Assembly: GCA_002269645.1 (NCBI GenBank)
Contig: NIVC01001965.1
Coordinates: forward strand, 280,254 to 344,253
Length of the DNA: 64,000 bases
Source of the DNA: Macrostomum lignano
Lineage: Eukaryota
Direction of reading: 5' to 3'
Positions 36,401-54,600 of this stretch are shown here, piece after piece. The notes under the pieces were generated by a model that saw nothing but the letters and a program-made list of their open reading frames with translations, ran no database searches and was not told the DNA's origin. The first letter of the stretch is position 1. Each line of letters opens with the position of its first letter. The position numbers and the translations under genes are program-made.

Positions 36401-37949
36401 GAGTGGAGCAACTGTACGCCATCATGCATTCAATAAACTTTCTGCACTGTTGTGACAGTTTTGGATCACTTCAGCCCTATTAATTGAAAGTACAGACTAA
36501 ATCCCCAGAATTTACTGAAATAATCAAGTTGCAGTTAAGAAGGATGAAGCACCCAGTGGGGTAGAATTTTCGGAAGCAAGTTGCAGCTCATCAAGCGGGA
36601 CTCTGAGGCAGACCGAACGGCAAAAATATTTTTCAGCCAAGTCCCACTGGAATTGAGTGAATATTCGCTTCGGAAATGGGGAATAAATTTTGTTCTTAAC
36701 AAGGAACTTTACTCCATCGAACGAATGCCTGCTGAATTTTTTAAAAGCAAGCCGAGCGCTGAGTCGCTACTGCAGCACTCAAAATTAGCCAGTTTGTCAA
36801 AACAAATCCTGCACATCCACAAGATTAGCAAGCAAGAGGGAAGCAACAAGCGGAGAGTACGAGCTATCCAGGCCAGGCCCACCTCCTCCCACCTCCCACC
36901 TCCGCCGCCCACTCCTTTGCGGGCCTCGATGGGTGGCAATTTAAACGCCTCAGCCGCTGAAAGTGTTGTTTTTGCTTGAGGTAGCCGCGCGCGATCAGGT
37001 GTCCATTGGGATGGCCGGATTAACACGGCCAGCCTGGCCCCAGGAATCCCGGCGAGGTGCGCGTGTGTTCGGCATCAGTGAAGCGCCACTTCTCCCTCCC
37101 CCTCTTTCGGATTTCCGTCTTGCATTTCCCTATTGCCAAATTCTCGCCTAAAAAAAATTCGGCGAAAAGGCATGCCAGCCAAGGTCCTGACCTCAGGCCG
37201 AAGTCAGCGAGGGTCAAACCCGATGCGCCCCAACCCCCGCCCCGCATTCCAGGCACGCTAGAGTGCTTGGTTCCTGTTTAGGAGGGCGGGGTCCAAGAGT
37301 CCAAATCACTTCAATCTGCAATGTTGGCGACCTCTCCCGGCAGAGAGGGCGGCATCGATCATTGAAGCCGTCAACAGGCTGTAGAGAGCGGGCTGGTGGC
37401 GAGCAAAAAAACAAGCCAAAAAACATATTTTCCGCAGTAACGGCGATTTGTCTGGCTATACAGAGTGGCGGATGTGGGAGGACAGAAAAAGGACACTAAA
37501 GAGCTCTGGGGCGGGACTCGTTCTCTCTTGCTTCGACCCGAACTGCGAGCGTAAAGGAATTCCGCAAAAGAATTTCTGCAACAAGCAAAGAAGAAAGAAG
37601 CAGAAACTGCTTCCATCCGCATTCCGGGCATTCCTTTCCGTTGTCTTTCTGTCAGCAGCACTTTCGATGCGTGCAGCGCGCGGAATTATCAATGTGTCGG
37701 CGGCAGGTTTGTTTATTCGCGTGCACTCTGATCTGATTACCAATTCCGGCAGGGCGCATCCGCATCGGTGAGTGGTTGCTGCAGAAGCTGGCACTGTCAT
37801 CTGGCACTTGATGATGATACTGCAGCTTGATTGACAGGGCAGGAACGAATCGGACTGTATGCATTTGAGCTACTTACAACTAGTAGTATTCAGGAGTAAA
37901 TCGCACTTATTTATTTGCGGAAACCAAAAATTGCAGAGCAGAAAACTAC

Positions 37950-38205
37950 CGCGCCAAGACCCCTGGTTCGATTCCGTGAGCGGCCGCACTCATTCGGGGC
38001 TGTGTGTGCACGAAAGTTGGCCCCTGGGGGATGTCTTGCGATTCACCGCCCATGAGGATCAACCCCAAAGTCACAGAGAGTGTACATACCGGATGATTAG
38101 GAAGTCAGGGCCGCTGTACACCCTGTGTGAGCGTGTGTGTCAAGTCCATGTGTACAGTATTGGCGGGCTTCTTTGCGCTCACGAGTCAGCGGATGAGCGG
38201 AATTG
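37950..38205 (+). mobile_element. Truncated, diverged copy of the same SINE family
   Basis: B box GGTTCGATTCC (37965-37975). Collinear blocks shared with 44254-44620 include AACCCC(C)AAAG, AGTGTACAT, AGGGCCGCTGTACAC and CCTGTGTGAG. Confidence 0.72.
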
Positions 38206-38600
38206 CTGAGATGCCAAGGCTGATGAGAGAGTTGTTGAGATGCCAAGGCTGATGAGGGAGTTGCTGAGATGCCAAGGCTGATGAGAGAGTTGCTGAGATG
38301 CCAAGGCTGATGAGAGAGTTGCTGAGGTGCCAAGGCTGATGAGAGAGTTGTTGAGATGCCAAGGCTGATGAGAGAGTTGTTGAGATGCCAAGGCTGATGA
38401 GAGAGTTGTTGAGATGCCAAGGCTGATGAGAGAGTTGTTGAGATGCCAAGGCTGATGAGAGAGTTGTTGAGATGCCAAGGCTGATGAGGGAGTTGCTGAG
38501 GTGCCAAGGCTGATGAGAGAGTTGCTGAGGTGCCAAGGCTGATGAGGGAGTTGCTGAGGTGCCAAGGCTGATGAGGGAGTTGCTGAGATGCCAAGGCAGA
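38195..38600. repeat. 29-bp minisatellite (GTTGCTGAGATGCCAAGGCTGATGAGAGA)
   Basis: Direct inspection; abuts the truncated SINE. Confidence 0.97.
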
Positions 38601-38841
38601 CGTCAGAAGCTGCATGTAGTTTATTCAAAAAAAATATTCCATTCTTTGTTGGCTTCTCGACGGGGGTGTGCGCTGATTGCTACTTCAGAGAAGTAGTTAC
38701 TTGCAAAAGCTCTATTTTTAGAAACTTCTGTGTCTATGGTCCCTGGGGTCCAACGGAGCTACGGCAGCTCAGTTCGCTAAGCTGAGTTCGAGTTTTCATT
38801 CCGTTCGAGCGTGGCGCTAAGCATCTAGTCAGCTGATCAGC

Positions 38842-45862
<7,021 letters not shown>

Positions 45863-46149
45863 TTTTGTTTTACTTTGCATCTCTTTTTGAATTGGATTTC
45901 AGTTGCGTCTTGAAGTGAAAAATACATACACAAACCCATTCGGGAGCTCTTATTTGCACTCGGTTTTAAAGTCCAGAAGGCAATTTGCAATTAAATTTTT
46001 TGAGTGTGTACGTATCTGAGCTGACTGATTATGAGAAGCCGCTGATTATGAGTCATGCTTGTGCATGCTCAGGGGTCAGGGGAATGGCCATGGCTGCTTG
46101 CCTCATCTCTGGACCCGGGTTGACTGCCCACCTTTAATTATCTTATTAA

Positions 46150-46280
46150 CCATTTGGTGTGCTCAAAATAGCAACATAAGAGTATCATTTAGTGTGCTCA
46201 AAATAACATGAGAGGATCATTTAGTGTGCTCAAAATAACATAGAGTATCATTTAGTGTGCTCAAAATAACATAGAGTATC
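46150..46280. repeat. About 31-bp tandem repeat, 4 copies (ATCATTTAGTGTGCTCAAAATAACATAGAGT)
   Basis: Direct inspection. Confidence 0.9.
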
Positions 46281-46634
46281 ATTTAGTGTGCTCAAATCAC
46301 ATTGCGACAGTAGACTTTGCCCAAAAAACATTTACCGAGATAGGAACTCCAAATATTTTAGATTTTTAGATTCATAGATTTTTCAGGGTTATCTTATTAG
46401 CAATACAGAAGTCATATAATATCTTATAGTTCACAAGAAGTTTCGAATATCCTAGATTATGTATACTTAACGGCGAGTTTTGTCCCAGCTCGTGAAATAC
46501 ATAAAAAATTCTTCACTTCAACTTTCTACTGAACAGAAGTAGTTTACATGCAAATTTTTGATTAATTTTCTTAGAAACGGATTTTCCAATCCTTCTGCCG
46601 AAATCGGCCGCGATGGCTTTAAGCTAAAAGTGAA

Positions 46635-49185
46635 TTAAAAGTGTAGATAGATCTGGGACATTTGCAGCGGCTCCCACTGGCCCGTGGCGCCGAACCAGCC
46701 CATGTACTGGATGTCGCCAATATCGCCATTACGATCGAAAATGCCATTGGGATTGGCCTCGCTGCAGTTGTCTCCGGTGCCGAACCACCAGCCGCTGTTG
46801 CCGTAAGCCTGCGAGCAGGCCTGGCCTGGCGAGCCCACTGGAAAATCGAAGGTGGCGAACTCGGCACCTCGGCTGGCCAGCATTGAGTCTCCGAAATTGA
46901 CGGAGCCCTTTTGGTACTTGGAGTAGTTCATGGCGTACCCTTCAGTTGGGCCCTTCACGGTGAAGTCGAGGTACTTGCATTTGTAATATTTTCCGTCAAT
47001 ACCGCTCTGAACGGACATCGTCACGCTCACATTTCCACTTGTCAGCAGATGGAGTCTGTCCAGCCCTGCGGTGCGGCGATCGGCCATGCTGAATTGCTGC
47101 TACTGAGTACCCGATACCCGATACCCGATACCCGATACCCGATACCCGATACCCTGCACTCGATACCCGATACCCGATACCCGATACCCGATACCCGATA
47201 CCCGATACCCTGCACTCGATACCCGATACCCGATACCCGATACCCGATACCTAAAACGCGGTACCCGATACCCAATACTCTGTACCCGATACCCGATACA
47301 CTGTACTCGATACCCGATACCTAAAACCCGATACCCAATACCCTTTATTCGATACTCAATACCCAATACCCAACACCCGATACCTAAAACCCGATACCGG
47401 CGATACCCAACACCCGATACCAAAAACCCGATACCCAATACTTTTTACTCGATACTTGATACCCGGCCGATACCCTGTATCCGATACCCTGTACCGGATA
47501 CCCTGTACCCGATTCCCTGTACCCGATTCCCGATGCCCAATACCCGATACCTGATAACCGGTACCCAACATCCAAATTTATCCATTTAAGGCAGTTAAAG
47601 CATGCTGTTGGACGCAATAAATGTGGTTCATTGGTCTGTGATGAAGCTTCTTACATTGCTTGCGATGTAACTACAAATACTTTGAAAATCTATACAGACA
47701 ATTTCAAATCTCGAGGCAATAAGAAGAGAAGAGCAATTCCTCGTGACAACTCTCACCTAGCCAGAAATTCGTTTTGTCGCCGAATCCATTGACGTAGTCA
47801 GACCAGCTACGCTCGAAGCTCACGGCGCTATTATAGCGTTTCTGCACCAAGCACTTGGTCGAATTCGTGGGCTCGGATCCTGAGAAAATAGATTTTTAAA
47901 TCATAGATGGAAACAGAATAAAGCACACGGATGACCCGCTTCAATAGTGAGTGGCACTAAATTCATTTGGCCGTCTGCTAGTGTTTTTCGGAGAAATTTG
48001 CGCACTTTTCCAAGGAACATTTGGGCCCGGCCATAGACTACAGAAACCTATTTATTCCTCACTGGGACCCGGGCCATAGACTACAGAAACCTATTTATTC
48101 CCCACTGGGACCCGGGCCATAGACTACAGAAACCTATTTATTCCCCACTGGGACTCGGGCCATAGACTACAGAAACCTATTTATTCCCCACTTGGACCCG
48201 GGCCATAGACTACAGAAACCTATTTATTTGGAGTTGTATTTCGACGTCCTGCTGCTTCAGCCATTCACGAGTTCAAAGTATAAATGTACAAGTGTAAACA
48301 ATTTTACCAAATTTTCGGTACAAGGTGGAATTCTCCGGTAGGTAGTTGAAGCAGCCATCCCGGCTAGTTGACATCTCGCACTCCGATGTGGAGTCGTTGA
48401 ATCGAAACGAGCGGCAGGTCGGACTGGCCAGGCATTGCAACACGCAGTCGGACTTTGAGACGGTGATGGAAGAGCGGGAGTCCACGCAGGCGCAGGTTGT
48501 CTGCGGCACAGCTTCGAAATCGGCCGAGGCTGCGGAAAAGTGAGCGTAGTTTAAATATGCGAATTCGAAGTCGTTAAGCGTGGAAACGACGGAAAGGCCC
48601 ACCAATGCTGCTTTACCACAAAAAGTCGATGCCTTTCTTAAGAAACAGAGAAATTCCTAAAGGTAGTTGAAGCAAATTTTAGTTTTCAATAAAATTTCAA
48701 AATTCAAAGTGGCGAATTTCGGGTAATTTTTTGTTTTAATTTTCTGCTTCGGGGGTTCAATTCTCGACTCACTCAGAACAATTTGTGTCACTGAGCAAGC
48801 CAAGTAACTCTGCACATTCTTCAGTTCACCCCAAGTGCCATGGACAATAAAAGTTCATCAAGCTATTTTTCATCGAATGCTACCTGAGACTGATAAGCAA
48901 GCAAAGTTGTGACGAAATTTTAGCTGAGCCCGTCTCTGTAGTGTGTCTTTGTCTAGACGGATTTTATAGATTTCTCGACTCAGCTTGTCTATGGCCAAAC
49001 CACATTCACATAACGCACAAAACGCAAAGCCTTGCGAAATTCGTTCAGAAACACGCAAGTGCGCGTATTCTAAGCGTTGCCGTTCTACAATCGTTCTTTT
49101 TTAGCTATTTTTATGACAAATGAAGACTTCTCAACTTACCAGAGATGCAGTGGATGAGCAGCAGAGCAGAGAATAGGGCCAGCAT
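46635..49185 (-). CDS. Secreted PAN/apple plus fibrinogen C-terminal domain (FReD) protein, 4 exons, 299 aa
   Basis: Exons 49185-49140 (signal MLALFSALLLIHCIS), 48607-48308 (SKSDCVLQCLASPTCRSFRFNDSTSECEM), 47879-47757 (LVQKRYNSAVSFERSWSDYVNGFGDKTNFWLG) and 47065-46635 (LDRLHLLT...GWWFG...CSEANPNG) sum to 900 nt. All introns are phase 1 GT-AG. Confidence 0.9.
47106..47570. repeat. 7-bp repeat (CCCGATA), FReD gene intron 3
   Basis: Direct inspection. Confidence 0.95.
48025..48230. repeat. 43-bp tandem repeat, about 4.5 copies, FReD gene intron 2
   Basis: CCATAGACTACAGAAACCTATTTATTCCCCACTGGGACCCGGG. Confidence 0.95.
48850..49002 (+). repeat. Dispersed repeat, copy B (in intron 1 of the FReD gene)
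   Basis: Same collinear blocks as 22845-22975, with an insertion of about 20 nt. Confidence 0.7.
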
Positions 49186-49654
49186 TTTGCATGCAGAGTC
49201 ACAATTACCGCGCAAGCCAGAGGTGTATTTGATTTTCAGGGTGGCTTTCATTTATAGCTGCGTCCATGAAACTAGTGTAAGATCATTGCTGCTGATTTGC
49301 CTGCTTATTGACTTTGCAATCTCGCTATTTTTGAGCTGTTGTTGCTCCTGGCAACCGGAACAGCAGGAAATTGCTGTCGGGTGTGAGAACGCGAGTTGAA
49401 ATCATGGGGACCACGGGTTAAAAGACGAATACCGATGTAAAAGACTTGTTTGAACTGACTTGTTAGCTTTGGGAGAAAAGCAGTCTCACTCCCGGACTAC
49501 CTTGGCTATCTGACAGCCTCACCAGCTTTAAAAACCAATCGACATCCTACTGAAAGCTTCTAGAAATTTCCCTGCAATTACGAGCGTAGAAGACAGACAA
49601 GCTAAGTAGAGAAAGAGGAGTAGGAGAATTTGGCTGAACTTCAAATTACTACGT

Positions 49655-49992
<338 letters not shown>

Positions 49993-51014
49993 ATAAGAAA
50001 AACAGAGGCCGGGTTAATTATATTTGCATCAGCACGGAGGCGCGCAGTCCTGCGACCGGGTAGCAAAGCTGAGCTCCAGGCAAAAAAGCATAGGGTATAT
50101 TGCCTGCTATTTTTCGGTTGTAATTTATTTAACTTAATTCTTTAGACATACAGTATGCATACACGCTCAGTTACTAATAGTAGCAGTAGTAGTGTATTTC
50201 TCACTCAGTAAGCAGGCATTTTCAGAAAAATCGCGGCTAGTGACACAAAGATGAAATTTGCAATTAAAACAATTATAAGAATTTCAGCTTTTTTCAACGC
50301 CATGATATGAGGGTCTGTATTGAATCAATAGAGTAACTGTTAAATTAGGCAGCAATTTACAAGCAGCATAGATCAGCGGTCGGGCTGCATGACTAAAAAA
50401 GTCACACTGCTTATAGTGCCGTCATACACTACTGGCAGCCTATGTTTAGCATTTATTATTACTACATAGATCAGAACGGTAGCGACGAATTAGAAGATCA
50501 CTTAAATAAGCTTTTCGTTTTATATGACTTAAAAATCACCTTTAGAATAAATTTAGCACCTTGTAATGAGTGTACAGTAATGGAAATGTTAAATAATAAT
50601 AAAAATTGTTTTAACTTTTAACAATCACAAAAATACAGTCGAAATAAAACTTAAATCGATTCAACAAAAGGCCGTTCCGTTTTCAATTAAATTAAAAGCA
50701 TGCAAAAATGGCTGCAGTAAATATTGGGCAAAAATTTCTAACCAAGCACGCAAAAAGCTTTTCTAGCTCATATTCAGCGGGCAGCATGTTCTTACAAAAT
50801 CTTGATGGATACAAGCAGGTGCATCGAAGGTTTTTATCCAAAATTCTAAAAAAATAGCACTAAAAAGGCAATAGGGAAACAGAGGCACGCTTTGGGAAGA
50901 GGATGTTTGGCTAATGAATAAAACACTAGATAAAAGGGTTTGACGATGATATTTCTAATTTACAGTGTTGAACAACAGTCTTTAAATGGTTACGCCCTCC
51001 TCAATCCATATCCT

Positions 51015-51360
51015 TACCCACTAGCCGCGCTGCGACACCCACCTCACTCCATTTTCTACACCCACTAGCCGCGCTGCGACACCCACCTCACTCCATTTCC
51101 TACACCCACTAGCCGCGCTGCGACACCCACCTCACTCCATTTCCTTATCCAGTAGCCGCGTTGCGACACCCACCTCACTCCTTTTCCTACACCCACTAGC
51201 CGCGCTGCGACACCCACCTCACTCCATTTCCTTATCCAGTAGCCGCGTTGCGACACCCACCTCACTCCTTTTCCTACACCCACTAGCCGCGCTGCGACAC
51301 CCACCTCACTCCATTTCCTTATCCAGTAGCCGCGTTGCGACACCCACCTCACTCCATTTG
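51015..51360. repeat. 44-bp minisatellite, family X, array 1
   Basis: CCCACTAGCCGCGCTGCGACACCCACCTCACTCCATTTCCTACA. Confidence 0.95.
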
Positions 51361-51644
51361 TCTCACTCGCATCTAGCCATAATATGACATACACTTCATT
51401 TTTGCAGGCTTTTAAATTTACTACACGTTTGAGCTCAAATAATCCTGGCCTTCATTCGCCAAAATACACGAGCTAGTTAGAGTAACCGCAGCCTATATAT
51501 TACTAATCCATAGAAATATAAAAAGGCAGTTGTCAATGGCTGGTCAGAAGTATTCAATGGCTGCAAGAAATGTTTTTGTTAATATTTCGTAACTAGTGCG
51601 ACACGCATTTAGGACCGGACAAAGGGGGAGAGCAAGAACCGCTT

Positions 51645-54600
51645 CTAGATTTCGCTCTCGTGCTTCGGAGGCGATTTCCTGGCATCGATGGTGGACATGC
51701 TGAAATCGTTCACATTCTCGTCCATGATTTTGTCTTTTCGGCTTAGGCCGGTCTGCTCGAAGATAATGTCATTTAGAATCTGGAAAAAATGAGTTACAGT
51801 GGATGAGTTTCATTAGAAGTGGAACTAATAAATTAGCTTTCTCAAATCCTTTAAAAAAATCTACCATTCATAGTCATTTAACTAAGTTCATGTAGGTCCC
51901 CTTCTAGACATAGCTCGTAGAAAGACCAATACAAAAGCTATTCATATTGCCTTGGATTCTTACCAATCAGCAATGATTTGATTAAATAAAGACAACAGTC
52001 TAGCAGACATAAAAAGCTTTGCCGCGCAGCGACGCCTCCCTCACTCCATTTTCTAACCCACTAGCCGCGCCGCGACACCCACCTCACTCCATTTCCTACA
52101 CCTACTAGCCGCGCTGCGACACCCACCTCACTCCATTTCCTACACCCACTAGCCGCGCTGCGACACCCACCTCACTCCATTTTTTAACCCACTAGCCGCG
52201 CTGCAATACCCACCTCACTCCATTTTCCAACCCACTAGCCGTGCGGAGACGCTCCACTTTTCTCACCCTCGTCGAGCCACAATCAAGACAGATAAAGAAT
52301 CCTTAGTCTTGGAGCGAATCGTGGTGTATTGTGGTGTTATAAAGGATAAGAACACATTAAAGAATATTTTGTACTAATCTTAAGATATCTAGAAATTTAT
52401 TAAGGTCAGTCTGTTAGGCTATTCAATCAACAATGAACAGCCTGAAGCCCTGGATTGACCCGCTTGTGAAGGAGGGGTTGAACACGGTTGCCCCACGTAT
52501 CCGCGCATGAAATCTTACATCGTCCTCTTCGCCGCCCTCCTCGTAGATGGCCGGATTGCGCCGGCCTGTGCGAGTCTCCTTGCGGGTCAGCTTGGATGCG
52601 CCAGACTTGATCTGCCGAATAGGAGATTTGCGATGAGTTGAAGCCAATTTAAAAAGCTTAATTTCAAGTAAGTTTCAAGGCTCCTTTGTCACCTGGGGTC
52701 TGGGCCACCTGATGGATGACTCTTATCACCTGGGCCATTTGAAGGCGTTTATCATCACCTGGGCCATTTGGGTCTTATCACCTGCGCCATTTAGAAGGCG
52801 GCTTCTATCACCTGAACCCTTAACCGGACTCACTCACGTTTACAGTATCTTACTGCACTCACCGACTTCTCCAAATGCTCAGACGAGGCGGCGTCGCCTT
52901 CCGGCACTGCCGGGCCGCGCGTCTCAATCACCTTGCTGGTGATCACCTGGCGGGTCTTCTTGCTGCGCACAATCTTCTTCGTGACAGTGTTGCCGTGCTC
53001 GTCAACGTACGTCACTATTTCCTCCTCGGGCTCGCCGACTTGCTCGCTCTGCGATAGGATGGCAGTGGATTGCTAATCTAGCCAATACATGGGTGCAGGA
53101 ATAGAATGGATTGCTAATCTAGTCAACATGGACGAACCGATAGACAGGTTTCTAGCCAATATGGATAAAAAAACAGAATGAGTAAGATAATATGGAACAT
53201 ATGCGCCACTACATAACCAGTGACATGCATTTTATCGAATCTCCATTTAGAAAAGGATATTGCTATTTGGTTTACAGCATAATGCACTGGTGTAAAAAAC
53301 TTAATGCTTGGTCAAAGGCAGCATGAGAATATCTGAATTGATAGAACTGCCCATTTCTTTCAGTTAAAAATATTGATTAATACTGCCATTTCGTTAACTG
53401 TAATCTATATCCGTGTTGCAATGGCATACTTAAGTTTATGTTTATGTTTATGGTCATATATCAAATGCATGCAAAAACATGCATGTCATACTCGTGTAAA
53501 CATAAATATTAATAAGAATTTTCTGTTTTATACGTTTTTTTTAAAGAAGATTTCAAAATTCACAATCGCCTATTTACAGTAGTGACACTAATCTCCTCAT
53601 TCTGCTGCTTCCGAGTCGCATCCGCTTGTTGCTGCTGCCGCTGCGATTCAACTTTTTCAACGTCCTTTCGGCGAATATAAAGACAATCATAGTTGAACAA
53701 CAGAATAGCTAACTCAGAACTAACCTTAGTTTTCCTAAATGGAATCTAAATAGGGAAATTCAAATCAACTGACCTCGGTGCGACTCTCCAGAACCGTGAC
53801 CGACTGACCCTCCGGGCCGCCAGCGTTGCCCCTCGGCTTGGGGCTGGGAGCTCGGATCTGGGGCTTGTTCTCCCTGATCATGTCGTATTTCTGGTCAACC
53901 GCCGGTAGGTTGGAGGCCTGCGCAATAGTTGAAAAATTGAGCAAGAAGAGTGAGTAGTCAGCATATTTTAAAAATACAATAGAGTTGGATAAATTATTGT
54001 GCAGTTCAAAGAAAACAAAGAAAATGAAAAGCATAAAAGCATACGTGAAATGAAGTGCTAAAGAAATCATGTGTGTCATAGCCAGTCTTGAGGGGTAAGG
54101 AAATGGAGTGGGGTGGGTGTCTCAGCGAGGCTTGGGCGGAGTGAGGTGTTTGTTAAAGCGAGTCGAGGGGTAAGGAAATGGAGTGGGGTGGGTGTCTCAG
54201 CGAGGCTTGGGCGGAGTGAGGTGTTTGTTAAAGCGAGTCGAGGGGTAAGGAAATGGAGTGGGGTGGGTGTCTCAGCGAGGCTTGGGGGAGTGAGGTGTTT
54301 GTTAAAGCGAGTCGAGGGGTAAGGAAATGGAGTGGGGTGGGTGTCTCAGCGAGGCTTGGGGGAGTGAGGTGTTTGTTAAAGCGAGTCGAGGGGTAAGGAA
54401 ATGGAGTGGGGTGGGTGTCTCAGCGAGGCTTGGGGGAGTGAGGTGTTTGTTAAAGCGAGTCGAGGGTAAGGAAATGGAGTGGGGTGGGTGTCATAGCGAG
54501 CCTTGGAAGTGAGGAAGTTACCTTACATAAAGGTGGGTTGGTGTTTCAGCGAGACTTGAGTAGGGAAATGGTGTTGGATCAGGCTAGTTCACCACTAGTT

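Noticed and set aside
36581-37864. ORFs of 60-130 aa upstream of the 585-aa gene
   Set aside because: They overlap on both strands, lack the GC3 bias of true exons here and show no homology cues. Likely promoter or UTR sequence.
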